The notes under the pieces are model-generated. The model did no database searches. It was not told the origin of the DNA and saw only the letters and a program-made list of their open reading frames with translations. From NCBI GenBank assembly GCA_905331295.1, contig CAJNYD010000303.1:1-64000 (forward strand): a stretch of DNA of 64,000 bases, given 5' to 3'. Below, in pieces: positions 1 through 13,111 of the stretch. The translations under genes were made by a program, and so were the position numbers. This stretch comes from Rotaria socialis (lineage: Eukaryota). Numbering within the stretch: position 1 is the first letter of the stretch; each line of letters begins with the position of its first letter.

Positions 1-119
1 TTACAAACGCATTTATCTGCGTTTTTATCATAACTCGATGCCGGAACGCATCAGAACGCCACCATTTGCAACATAAACGCATCTAAGTGCGTCTAAAATG
101 CGTTTCGTGATTACATGGG
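1..119. mobile_element. Right end of a putative CCC...GGG-terminated DNA transposon inserted into the RT gene
   Basis: Repeated AACGCAT/ATGCGTT subterminal motifs end in CATGGG at 119; RT homology starts abruptly at 120. Confidence 0.45.
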
Positions 120-1582
120 TATGATCGTGTTTGTCATGCCGCTCTTTTGTGTAAACTAGAAAGAATAGGAATGCCTCGCAGCTTATTGAAAATGACTGGT
201 AGTTGGTTAAAAGATAGAAGAGCGTACGTAGAATATGGTGAAATATCTTCGAAAATATTTAATATAAATATAGGACTTCCGCAGGGTAGTAGTCTTAGTC
301 CGTATCTATTTATAGTGTTTCACTCAGATCTGACAAATTATCTGGGAGCTCATTCGTGTCATCTATTTGCAGATGATCTTTGTGTATTAATTCGACCTCC
401 CATAATGAAAAATTTAGGTCCGATGATTGAATACTTAGAAAAAGAAGGTACACGACTTTGTAATCAGGTTTTTACGTACTCAAAAAAGTGGAAACAACCG
501 TTAAATGTTTCTAAAACTGTAGTACAATTGTTTCATACACAAGTAAAAAGGCCAATAGTAAACGTAACAATAGACGGAAATAAAATCGAACTAGTCAAAG
601 AATTCAAATATTTAGGGTTTACGTGGACGGATAAACTTTCGTTGAAACCGACAGTCGAAAAAAGTATTGGAAATATTCAGAGATCGTTAGGAAAATTGAA
701 ATGGATGAAATCTGGTCGAGAAATGTCATGTAAAGCCCTCAGGCAATGTTTTTTCGCATACACATTTCCTCATTTCGCTTGGTTATTTCCACTGTTCCCA
801 CTCCTCCCAGAATCCCAACAAAATATATTGCAACAAAAATTCCGTGTGGGACTTCGGCTGGTCCATCGCTGCTCCTTCGTTTCTGCGCATAATCTGTTCA
901 ATGTTACCTCTGAACAGCCTTTAGAATTTTACATTAAAAAATATATTCAAAGAAGGCTAAAAACGATGTTCACAACTTATCGTGGTTCTTCATTATTCTA
1001 TGAAGATATTTTTGGTTGGGATAACTTTTGTAAAAGGAAAAACGATCGGCTTGGTCATTTTTTTTGCTCACGTCGTGTGCGGCAATTGAAAGATCGACAT
1101 GAGTCGTTCCTTTTAAAATGGTTGTCCTTTGTTGATGCGAATTAATATCACAGAAAGACGCATAAATGTAATGCTTACTCAATTTTCTTTTTCGTTTTTT
1201 AGTGATTCATTTTCGTTTCTGTTTTCTGTTCTCTTTCTTATCACTTCATGTACTCTCTTTCGCTCGCTTCTAGTAGTCTGTTCTGCGTTCATTTCTAGTT
1301 GCTCGCTCTACTCACGTCTCACAGCTGCTGCTTAACATCAGTACTTCTTTATCTATCTTGTTCCTTTCTTTTCTTTTTACTCTTGGTTTATTCGTTTTAT
1401 CATTTATTTACTCTCTATATATCCCCACGTGCAAAAATTTGTAATCAGTATAGCATATTGTTGGCACAAATTGTAACGCTTTGCTTTAAGGATGCAACTT
1501 TTCGCTTATACATCTATAATTTTCTCTTCTATTATGGAAGCACTTCCGAGTGTCACATTCACGAGCATAATATAAAAAAAAA
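120..1582 (+). mobile_element. 3' part of a non-LTR retrotransposon (RT domain, 3' UTR, A-rich tail)
   Basis: Frame 120-1145 has YDRVCH..LL.KL, GLPQGSSLSP, FADD and FKYLG RT motifs, followed by a pyrimidine-rich UTR and an A-run near 1574-1582. Confidence 0.88.
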
Positions 1583-1756
1583 TTGGATTATGCAAAAAAA
1601 AGCGATCTAGTAATAAAATAGAGCAATGAGAATAGAAGTTAAACAATATTCAATTTGACCGAAAAACAAAAATTCATATCCTTCAATAAGGTTTCATCGT
1701 AATTAAAAAATGAACAAAACATGACAACAACAAAAACATAGAAACATTATTCGATA

Positions 1757-2526
1757 CTAAAACGATCTACATTTCGAAAGAATTTCAATAATGCTGACGA
1801 CGATTTCAGGCAGATCTCTAACACCCATGTAATCAGTGCCATCATCATAACTCGCTTCAGTGCAATAAATAGCATCATGATCATGATGATATTTGATGTG
1901 TGGATCAGCTTCATTTTCTAATAGTAACTTCACACCTGAGTAAGATTGATTGGATACGACGTACATCAGCCATGCCACGCCGTTTGAATCAGCGCATATA
2001 TTGGTTTTTGATTTAAATGCATCGCTTTTATTCAATAACCAATCAATTGTATCGATATAATTTTGACCTTGACAGGCTGATAGAAAAACATCGTTCGTGA
2101 GACTAGTAAGATTTGTCTTGTAGCCCAGTACATATTGAAATAGATGAAGTGATTTAGGTTGTTTTGAGAAAAAATTCAAAAGATTCGATAACGAATTGCC
2201 TTGGACATTATAACGATCAAAAAGTTCTTTTTTAAAATATTCACTTCAGCATGTCTTGGTCCTTTTTTAATAGAATCGAATGTGATTAGGAGTTCTGGTG
2301 GTTGAAGAAGCAACCGAACAATTGCAATGTTTTCCGTATTGCAAGCACAAATAAATATGGTTACACCATCGATACTATGTCGATAGTTTATATCAAGTCC
2401 TTGTTGAATATTAGCAAGGATAAGGTTTTTATCGCCACTTTTAATAGCATGGCGGGCATTTGTTACGCCATATTTCTCTTCAGTACTACCATTTTTTTCA
2501 CTTAATAAAGTAACATTTAAACTCAT
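1757..2526 (-). pseudogene. Ankyrin-repeat protein split by a frameshift
   Basis: Two overlapping ORFs carry ankyrin-like segments (GLDINYRHSIDGVTIFICAC..IVRLLL; GVKLLLENEADP). They become continuous with a -1 shift near 2230. Confidence 0.6.
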
Positions 2527-3813
2527 CGGATTTTAGTTTTAGTTTTTGTATTTCAGCCGGCGCAATAGGTCACTCTGTTTTAAATAAGGCTAAAATTGTT
2601 TTTTTATAAATGCGTTCGTTTTCTTATATACAAGTACCATTTATGGAATTTCTTTTTTGTTAATTATTCAGATGAATCACTCATCATGACACATACACAG
2701 AACGCAAAGAGAAATATTTAACTATTTTTCTCTCTGTCTCATTGAGAGTGAGAACTCACTTACATCCTGAATTTTCTATTACATATTCAACATCGACCAA
2801 AACCATCCGATTTTATTGCTAATAAATCTAAATGAAGCAGAACTTCAGTAATGAATCCCATTACAGTTGCTGTTCAAATTAAATCTCTAAGTCATGATAC
2901 TAAAGCAAAATAGTAGTTAAGTTAAGCAAAAAGCTTTTTATCTTAGCTCCAATGTCATTTGTATCAAACTGAATGGTTTGAAAAGTAGTTAAAATTAGTT
3001 TAAAATTCTTTCGAATTACTCAACTCTGCTGCATCTCAATTGTAAATGATCGATATCGGATTTTAATTCATTTCAAGACATCTAAACCTTTTTTTTTGTC
3101 TGTTTGCGCATCTGTTTTTATCGCAACACAGAAACTACTTTTGTCTCATACGCTGATTGAAAAGATCAAAGCGCCTTTAAAAATTCATCTTCTACTTCTC
3201 AAATAAATGTAAATCACTATTATTTATATTAGTATGAACAATATTTTATCGTTAGATCACGAATATATGAATCTAGATGCGATACAATTGTTTGTTCTCG
3301 ATTCGTAATAGTAAAACGAATGCTTCAAAGAAGACCCGTCTTTGATGAGTCTAAAATTAGAGAGTATTGCCTGGACAGCAATATATTCTATGATGAGGAG
3401 TTATACTTCCTTTAGCCAATGAAAGTTTTTTCATCTCATCCACTATCAATAGATCTCTTTCTTGTTTTGTGATAGAAAATTTTTAGCTTGCTGAGAATCA
3501 ACCTAATTAGAAAAATTACAGTACAGGCGATGAATAATTTAGCCGCAGGATACAAGAATTTCACAGGAAATTCAATGCGTTAAGCACATTTGCTCATCGA
3601 ATTGAATTTTTTTTCTATCGTCATTAGCAGTGGGAAGCGACAATCATATTATCTATATAGGAAAAAACAGCCTCGAACTTGCTGAAACATTTTCTGGTTC
3701 TGGAAAAAAGAGATATGAGATACCTCTTGTCATTGTATACAAAAAGTTACACTTGTTCGTCCTATAGAAATAAAGAGCTGAAGCAACCAAAAAACTATGA
3801 TAGTTTGGTAGGT

Positions 3814-4216
3814 TATCATTTACCCCAAAACTGGTTACCACGAATGAATCCCGAAATAAAATCCCCATTTAGGGTCATCAAATGAGTAAAATGGGAATAT
3901 TGATTTAGTGATTTTTTTTGAATTCACTAAGCGCAATAAAAACAGTTTTACGATGAATCTAGTGACGAGAATCTATCTTGGGTTACTCTAAAGTGTAGTT
4001 TTTGGCGACCCACAAAATTTTCTCGTCACCAGATTTACCCAAAACTTCTTCGTCATGGTAAACCAAGATATATTCTGGCCACCAGGTTCATCGTAAAACT
4101 GTTTTTCTTATGTTTAGTCAATTAAAAAAATCCACAAGCCAATATCCTCACTTTATTCATTTGATTACGCCAAATGGGGATTTGATTTGTGGTAACCATT
4201 TTTGGGGTAAATGATA
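3814..4216. mobile_element. Palindromic MITE-like element
   Basis: Ends TATCATTTACCCCAAAA / TTTTGGGGTAAATGATA, with diverged inverted arms across most of the length. Confidence 0.75.
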
Positions 4217-4475
4217 GGCATTCAATAGTTTTCGGTAACATTTGCGTACACTTGTTGAGACGTTTGTTAAGTCTCATAGATAACCAATATCAGTTTTTAT
4301 TAGCTTGCAACATTTTGACTATTCTTCGTTTGGTCGCTCTATAGGTGATATTTTTTTCTAGTTGTTCGTTAGAGAAAATGACTATCAAATTAGTATATTC
4401 TTTTACGCATGAAAAAATGGAAATTCACTCTTTTCTAATAACATGGCTTTCAGCTATAATTTGACATTGAATGAC

Positions 4476-5091
4476 TATCATTTACCACAAATAGAAATCC
4501 ACAGGCACATCTATACATCATATCCACACTTGTAGTGAATAAAACAAATATGACCCATTCTGGTGACCAAATAGGGATTTTTGATTTAGGGATTTTTCAA
4601 TTTAGGGATTTTTTTTATACAGTATCTTGTTCAAGTCACAACCGAACAAGGTCCCAGTTAGGAGCTCATCAGTACCAGTATACTGGGTACTGGTAATACT
4701 GATGACCAGAATCATCTCTCCGAGTTTCTGATAAGAAGAATTACGTTTCGAAATGATTCTAATGAATATTGAATATGTATGATTCTGGTAACCACAATCA
4801 GCTCTAAGAGTTTCTGATAAATAGANCGCTTATACGAAACTCAGAGAGTCGATTTTGGTCACCAGTATTACTGGTGACCAGTATTACCAGTACCCAGTAT
4901 ACTGGTACTGATGAACCCCTAACAGGGACCCTGTTCGGTTGTGACTTGAACAGCATATAGTATATAAAAAAAATCCCTAAATTGAAAAATCCCTATTTGG
5001 TCACCAGAATGGGTCATATTTGTTTTATTCACCACAAGCGTGGATATGATGTATAGATGTGTCTGTGGATTTCTATTTGTGGTAAAAGATA
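4476..5091. mobile_element. Palindromic MITE-like element with termini related to 3814-4216
   Basis: Ends TATCATTTACCACAAATAGAAATCC / GGATTTCTATTTGTGGTAAAAGATA; near-identical arms of about 240 bp; N at 4826. Confidence 0.8.
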
Positions 5092-5206
5092 ACCAACCGG
5101 CTGAAGAAAAATTATTTAAAAAAAAAATAGGAGGTAGACAATGAGAAATATAGTCTGAATAAATACATCAGCTACTAGGTAGAATATCATTTAGAGTGTA
5201 AACACT

Positions 5207-6262
5207 ATGTCGTCGTCTTCAACAACGTCAACGACAATTGCTTGGCTGAACGATTTGAATGTGCAGTTTAATCGCTACCTTCCGTGGCCACTTCTCATTC
5301 TCGGTACGGTTGGAGTGATTTTAAATGTTATAATATTTACTCGTCGAAGTCTTTTCATCAATTCGTGTACTCACTATCTCTTGGGGAATACAGTGGCTAA
5401 CTTTGTTGTACTTTATTGGGTTGCTACTACAAGAATTTTTTCTGATGGATACAACATCGATCTGAGTATTGAATCGAATACATTTTGTAGAATTAGATAT
5501 TATTTTACCTATGTTCCCCGTACACTTTCGACATGGTTTATCTTGTTAGCTTGTATTGATCGATGGTCATCAAGCATAAAAGCGCAGCGACGTTTTAATA
5601 GTGTAAAATTTGCTCGTATAGTCATTGCCATAACTACTACTGTATGTTTCTTGTCATTTTGCAATGTACTGATTTATTTTGGTGTTCAAAAAACTGCTAC
5701 TTCAATAACATGCTACGCAATGCCTGGACCGTATCGTTATTTTTCTGATCTTCAATATCTTACCTTTTATGCCTTAGGGCCACCTCTAATGATGTTAGTG
5801 TTTGGTTTAGCTACGCTTCGAAATCTTCGACGAGCTCATAATCAAGTTTTACCTCAAGCGGTACTGCCGAACAGGAGCACTGCACGACGTGATGCTCAAT
5901 TGTTGGTAATGCTGCTCATGCAAGTGGCCTTGATCATCGTCTTTACTGTTCCATTTGCCATTCAAAAATTGAATGATACATTGACACTAACTAAGATTAA
6001 GACTCCTCTACAAACAGCACAAAACAATTTATGTGCAGGAATTTTACGTATCTTATCTTATGGTTCTCATGCGTTCGGATTTTTTGTGTATACGCTGTCA
6101 GCACGTATCTTTCGCAAAGAATTAATGGTAACAATTAATAATGTGTATCGACGAGTCACAGGCCGAAATCTGAATATCGCGAGGGAAGCAACAACTTGTA
6201 CCATGCAACATCAAACTTTAGGTATGAAGACCACTTATCGAATGAGTAGACCAGATGCATGA
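5207..6262 (+). CDS. Intronless rhodopsin-like (class A) GPCR
   Basis: 351 aa with seven hydrophobic segments, FCRIR, ACIDRW (DRY-like) and FFVYTLSARIFRKEL. Confidence 0.88.
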   Translation: MSSSSTTSTTIAWLNDLNVQFNRYLPWPLLILGTVGVILNVIIFTRRSLFINSCTHYLLGNTVANFVVLYWVATTRIFSDGYNIDLSIESNTFCRIRYYFTYVPRTLSTWFILLACIDRWSSSIKAQRRFNSVKFARIVIAITTTVCFLSFCNVLIYFGVQKTATSITCYAMPGPYRYFSDLQYLTFYALGPPLMMLVFGLATLRNLRRAHNQVLPQAVLPNRSTARRDAQLLVMLLMQVALIIVFTVPFAIQKLNDTLTLTKIKTPLQTAQNNLCAGILRILSYGSHAFGFFVYTLSARIFRKELMVTINNVYRRVTGRNLNIAREATTCTMQHQTLGMKTTYRMSRPDA

Positions 6263-7991
6263 ACGAACTATTTTTGACTGATTTCAATATAAAATATATT
6301 ACGAACTACTTTTTCTATTGATGAATGTACTACACCCTCATGATGAATATAGTTAGTATCATGTTATCATCCTGAACAATAAATTTATTACCCTAATGGC
6401 ATTAAATTCATATGAATAACGAAATTTGTTATATTTTACTTTGATTCCTATAAGAAAAGTCTAGTGCGATGACATGAAAAGTACAGCAAATCCTTGTAAT
6501 TCTGTTTTCACAACACTATACTAGAAAAAGGGACGCGTGTTAATGCTTTATAAGAATATGTGACAATAAAGATTCTGATTTCTCTTCATTTATTGTATTC
6601 TGAACAAATTATTGAAAACATCAAGTGTATATTGTTGTTACTATTAAAAAAAAGGTATAGGAGTACAATTACAACGAAGTTACATCATGCAGAATTTGAC
6701 TTAATGGTTATTAGAGCTGAAGAAATGTCTATTGTAGAAGAAGATCAATTGCTTTACATCCTTAATAACGGCGATAATCAACAATTCAAGAAAGGGAAAT
6801 CATCACTTGATGTTTGCTGTAGATAATATACGTTAAAATTGCAAGACGAAGAAAACCATCATTATTTTACTTCCTCCTTGTCATAGAAGATTTTCATACA
6901 AATGGATTCTTTTTTATGTTAACTATCATGAAGAGAAATAGAAAAGACTTCAGGATAAGTCTTTTCATTCTACTCTAATTACATTTGCAATGAATTGATA
7001 AAACAAAGATTTGATTTATTCTCGATAGGGCTGATGCTTCAAGTTGATAATAGCAAGTGGTTAGAGAAACATTAATTCCAGTAATGACAAAGGTACAATT
7101 CCATTAAAACAATTAAAAATTGAGGGCTACGTGTGAATAAACGAAGCGGCCATTTCTCATTAGGCCATATGCGAATGTCAGGTTTTTTAATATTTGAGCA
7201 CATCTTGCAATCGAGCATATAGGAATAGTAAATTAAGAATGAAAGAGTGGAAAAGTTTTCAAGGGCAACACCGCATTTTCTAGGAGATTGGATAAAATGA
7301 AATTCGATTGCTTACGGACTAATGAAGCATAGGTATGGTGTGGCAGTGATTGAATGTGAAATACCTATAACGGTAGTATAAGAATTTCATCGACTATTGC
7401 ATAAACGAAATCAGCTGAATCGTCCTTTTAGTTATTGTTTTGAAATGTTTCTTTTAAAAAATGATGATGGTGCACGGAATAGTTGTATACTTGAATTTAC
7501 GTACTATGTCAAATGAAAACCTTAAAACTTCGATTTAGGCCATTACATTAAAAAAAGAAATACTATATGCACATATCATTGTAATAGATTTATCATAGAT
7601 GTTCTTTAGTTTCCATGATTGGATCAGAATCAACTTACAATTTCATTTCATTGCTAATCCTATCGATCATATAAAACAATGAAATTTTCAAGATAGTGCT
7701 CGGTGTACCTTGACTTTATTCATTAGTACGGTTCACGGGAAATATTTATATTTTGTATCTAATTGTTTAAAATCAATATATAGTATCTCAATTACTATTC
7801 ATTTATTCAAACTTCTCTTTAATTCAACCGGCAGTGAAATTAAAACGAATCTTAAATCTGAATCAGATAATGTGTAACAACGCAGGTACGAGATAAAAAA
7901 AAGTATATTTTGCAACAGGAAGTGATTGTACTGTCTTATATCATACCGATATAAAGAACAATTATTGGTGAGATGGTAAAAATGAGTAAGC

Positions 7992-9194
7992 TATCGGAGA
8001 TGCAAAATTAGAGTGAAATATTGTTTTCGCTCATATCTATATGGTTTGATAGCGCTTGAAAAGTTGATCACTAATACATACGTTTTATTTCGATTGAATC
8101 ATTGTTTGGCTGAGAAAATCGTAAAATAATAAAAGGACTAAAAAACACCGTTATTTTTACCATGGCTTTTTTTTCTACAGAAATTGTCAAATTTTATTTT
8201 TAGTTATTTTGTGAATTTAGTGAGAGTACTGTATTCGGAATCACCATGAAAAGTTAAACACAAAAATGTTATCGAGTATAAATAGGTCACAAGCAGGCTA
8301 AAAGTATGTGTCAGTGAGTACTCTTGTAGACCGATCTAGTTTTTTTGTCTTTTTTTAGATTTTGCTATATTGTCGAGAAAATTAAAATTCTTTCCTGTTC
8401 AGTAGTAACATGAATGGTAGACAAGAAAAATGCGTTTTTATTTAACATTTTTCATTATAATAATCAGGTCCAAAAGCAAAAAAAAGTATCATATTGAGAA
8501 TCAGTGTCAAAAATGACATCGAGCCATACACATTTTAGCAAAATTTATTTCCTAAGTAAAATAGAACTGTGCCCTTCTTCAGGTTGATTTTTCTAAAATT
8601 TTTACCCCTGGTCCACCGCCGGCTGTCTTTTCGAAAAAACATTAATTCCATAAAAAGTGTATAGTTTAATGTCACTTTTGACACTGATTCTCAATATGAT
8701 ACTTTTTTTGCTTTCGGACCTAATTATTATAATGAAAAATGTTAAATAAAAACGCATTTTTCTTGTTTACCACTCATGTTACTACCGAACAGGAAAGAAT
8801 TTTAATTTTCTCGACAATATAGCAAAATCTAAAAAAAGACAAAAAAACTAGATCGGTCTACAAGAGTACTCACTGACACATACTTTTAGCCTGCTTGTGA
8901 CCTAATTATACTCGATAACATTTTCGTGTTTAACTTTTCATGGTGATTCCGAATACAGTACTCTCACTAAATTCACAAAATAACTAAAAATAAAATTTGA
9001 CAATTTCTGTAGAAAAAAAGCCATGGTAAAAATAACGGTGTTTTTTAGTCCTTTTATTATTTTACGATTTTCTCAGCCAAACAATGATTCAATCGAAATA
9101 AAACGTATGTATTAGTGATCAACTTTTCAAGCTCTATCAAACCATATAGATATGAGCGAAAACAATATTTCACTCTAATTTTGCATCTCCGATA
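7992..9194. mobile_element. 1.2-kb foldback element
   Basis: Arms at about 7992-8540 and 8651-9194 are near-identical reverse complements; ends TATCGGAGATGC / GCATCTCCGATA. Confidence 0.88.
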
Positions 9195-9912
9195 CTTTAC
9201 CGATCTTGCTTATCATTTTTATCGTTTAATATCAAAGGCCTCTTGGAAACATATGAAATGAAGCAAATTATGTGTTCAACGGATATCATTCTTTTAATCT
9301 AGCTGAATAAATGAGGTATTTATAGATCGTTTCTGAATGACTGTCACAGAAAAAAGAAATTATCACTTGAAACTATCATTTTCGAGGATTTTTTTCTATC
9401 CAATTGCTCTATACGATTCTTCCGATAAGAAAATTTTTAGTGCTCGAAATACGATGGCTGCCGATGAGTTCGAAATCGAAACAAAACGAACGAAAAGGGT
9501 ATATTTCATAAATTCGAGCACTCGTCGCACCTACCGCACGCTTTTTTATTGTCTAATTGGGTAAACTTCGCGTTTGCTGTTTTTTTTTATATTTCATATC
9601 ATGCATGCTAACTATCCAAACGCAAAACCTACCTTCGGCAATTGAGCGATAGAATAGCAATCGCAGGTTAGTGCAACGTTATCATTCAAGTACGGTTTTT
9701 TTATTGTATAGGATTATTTTGCGTCATTCAATGAAAGAATGAAAGTGCGCATTTCTCCATGTGTATTTCGTCAGTATCAGCATTAAATAAAGTAACAGAA
9801 AAACGCCATAGCGTATTTGCGTTCTGCTTCATTTGTTTTACTTTGAATTACGTTATAATTAGAACAGCCATATAAAAAAAACTATGTAAATTATTTTAAT
9901 CTAATCAGCAGC

Positions 9913-11648
9913 ATGTTAGCAGTGCGTAAACTCGACCAACAAGTTGTTCGGTAAAAATACCTATAGATATATTTTTTCTTTGAATTCCATGCTTGAACTA
10001 GTCCCGCCAGTAATGCGAATGTTGGACTTTCAGGTGCTTTGGCTACTTGTTGTGCAATTTTTGTTTTATTTGCAATCGCTGCAACTATTGTTCTCTCCCT
10101 TATTCCTCTTTATGTGCCAACAAAGATTGCAGAAAGAAGCATAGGTAAATCGCTCAATTATGTATTTATGTTTATAAGCTATCTAATTTGATACCCTATT
10201 AGCTGCAACACAAAGTGGCCCGGTGACAATGCAACTGAATACTGGTATTTCTGTCGGCTCTAGACGAAAACGATATGATCCATCGTTATTAATTGAAGTA
10301 GATGAAGCTATTGGCTACAAATTTGGGTCGAACAGTGTACAATCAATTCAAATTCAAGTAAGTTTTCATGGGTACTTTTATATGTTCAGTAATTGAAAGA
10401 TATGAAACAAATTAGAATAATCTCAAGGAATGCAATGATCACTTACGATTGAATGAAAAAGTCTAACAGCAGTTGTGAACCTTCGATAAGTGTATAGTAA
10501 ATCTGATTTTTCTAAGACATTCGATCGATATATAACTTTGATTTTCTCTTTTTTCGTACACTCATCTCAACATTGATTAGTTTGTTTCATTCTAGATCGA
10601 AAATATGTTTATTGATGTAACTAATGATGCACAGAGTATAACCATTATTGAAGTTACAATCACAGCGATAAATACTAAAAGAAAACGACAGTAAATTACA
10701 AATGTATTACTTAAACAATTGATTTCTCAGCAATGCATATCTTTTTAGTACAATACAAAAGCGTGCAGGGGCAGTCGCCGTCGTACAGTTACTGTTCTAT
10801 GTGAATTTTAAAAGCACATGTTCGGATTCATGCATAAACAAAGCTGGTGCTTTATTAGAAGTGGCACTTCCCAGCAGAGTAAAAACTGATAGTATAATTC
10901 TCAACAATGTTACTATAATTGATGATGATGGAAAAGAATTCGGAATCATCAGTTCGATTCCCATCATTGATCTTGCATACTTATCATTCATAGGTAAAAT
11001 TTCTTATTTTTTCATAGCTACTTGTTTATCTATTCGCTTTTTATATAGGTACGAAGAAGTCTAAGAAGGTTCATACAACACCAAGAACAACAGCTGCTGT
11101 CACCGCAGAAAAGAAAACAACGACGACGACTACTTCTGTGTCGACTACCACCCTAACACGAATAACTACTAGTACTACTGGTAAATAAAACTTGAAACGT
11201 TTATCATCTGAAAAGTGACTCTCAAAGTCCTTTCGTCACTGGTAGGGTTACCTAAAGAAAAGCCTTTTAGCAGAACATTACCACCACTGCGAAACACTTT
11301 TCATACAAATTCCTACAAATGTATTTTGTATTTTAAAACAGCTACTATCTACGTTTATTCCTGTACTATCTGAGTAAAACATAATGTATTTTCTATTTTC
11401 ACCTAGCCTGTGTCGATACAAGTGGGTACTTTGAGGCAATTACTGGTTATACGTGTCAGACCTACATTGACTACAGTTTCTGCAATGGAAAAAGAGTCAT
11501 CGCATATTCTCAAGTTAATGTAGCTCAAGCTCAATCGAACTGTTGTTTTTGCGGTGAATATGTGCAAATTAGCACATATGAGATCATTTCTCTACATCGT
11601 TTTCTTTTCTTTTTCATAGGTAAAGGAACGGCACAGTCAAGTAGATAA
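9913..11648 (+). CDS. Multi-exon membrane-anchored protein of unknown function with Thr-rich linker and C-terminal Cys module
   Basis: About 8 exons joined by GT-AG introns; TM-like CCAIFVLFAIAATIVLSLIPLY, basic sites, TTTTTSVSTTT and a ...CCFCGKG tail. Confidence 0.6.
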
Positions 11649-13111
11649 TCCATGCGCATATAATTTTGTACATTACTATGAACTTCTTGATGATCTAATC
11701 ATAAGAACAAGTTATATACCAGCTGTTTTTCGAAATCGCGCATTAAAAAACTGAAATCTTTTCTTTATTGTGATCAAAATATTATAGAAATAGAACTGAA
11801 GTAAAATTTTTTCCTTCGAGAAAATTTGCGCTATTCTACTGCAATAAATGACTGCATGACTTTCTTTTCAGTTTTTCGAAGGTGTGGGTGTGGGTGTTTA
11901 TTAAGAGATGATAAACACATTCACACATCCACACCCTCAAGTTTAGTAAATCAAAACACGACCAGCAGTTGTATATACTAATGCTATTATCATAAGCAGA
12001 AAAACAACAACTAGTATGATATCAAAAATCTGCAGCAAAATATATTTTTGTCCAATATTCACTCTTAACATAAGTAACATGATACATGTTATACGATATC
12101 CAGTTGAGATTGAATATGTCAATTCACTGTGATCAAGCTACCATTTTTTCTGCTAAAGATTTAGCACACAAAGTAAATATTCTACCATTGTGATTGTATT
12201 CGATTACATTGGCATCAACAAAAATTAAATAATAACCTTGTTTTCATCTTGGCACGACTATGAAATATTAATTAATGATTTTTTTGCAAAGCGTATATTA
12301 AAGCATCCGATGTGAATATGAATGATTTATAATTATTTATCAATACAGAGGATCAATTAGCAAATAATAGTACATAGTATGTTGAGAAGTCTGGAATACT
12401 TAATAGGCAAGGGTCATCAAGAGAATTATTCCTTTCCAGAAATTTCTTTTAACTAATAAATTAGCTTTTGTAGTAATAGTTTAACAATTTGAGTTACAAT
12501 TAGCCCTACTGCTGCTAAAATAACGTTCTCATAAGCATATAAATGTTCATACAATTCATGTATTTGAATTTCGTTAGTTGATTAAAATTACACTGTAGGT
12601 ACTATATTCTTTCTTGTCAGTTCGTATGAAAATATAAACATACAAAGCGTCACGCTAACTTTTAGTCAATATACTTTTGTAGATAGAGATGTAGGAAAAG
12701 ACGAATAGTTGACATGAGCCATTGTCGCCATCAAAACAAAACGCCTTCATGTTATTCAGTCTTATTTTAGTAATCAATATTCAGCTGGTGAATCAGCGTA
12801 TTTAATTCGTTTATGCTGTCTCAGGAATATGATATTTTTCTAGGATCATAGTAGGAGTATTTTTATAAGTGAAAACATATGATTCATACAATCTAATCGA
12901 TACAACAGATATAATGACTCATACTTGCATACATATAGAAGTATTTAACCCGTAGAATATTCCAATGTTGTTACTTAATATGAGTTTAGATCATTCATTC
13001 ATCGATCGATCGAGTGATGTTCTATAGCATTTGTGTGAACATTTCGCATATGATAACTGAAAATATGTGTATTTTAGATTGATATTTGTTTTCACCAGTA
13101 ACTGATTCGAT

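Noticed and set aside
4640..4935. CTGATGA motifs followed by hairpins inside the palindromic MITE as possible hammerheads
   Set aside because: No GAAA...UH half of the core follows.
6560..6826. Weak SH3-like ORF
   Set aside because: Only faint resemblance and no supportable gene structure.
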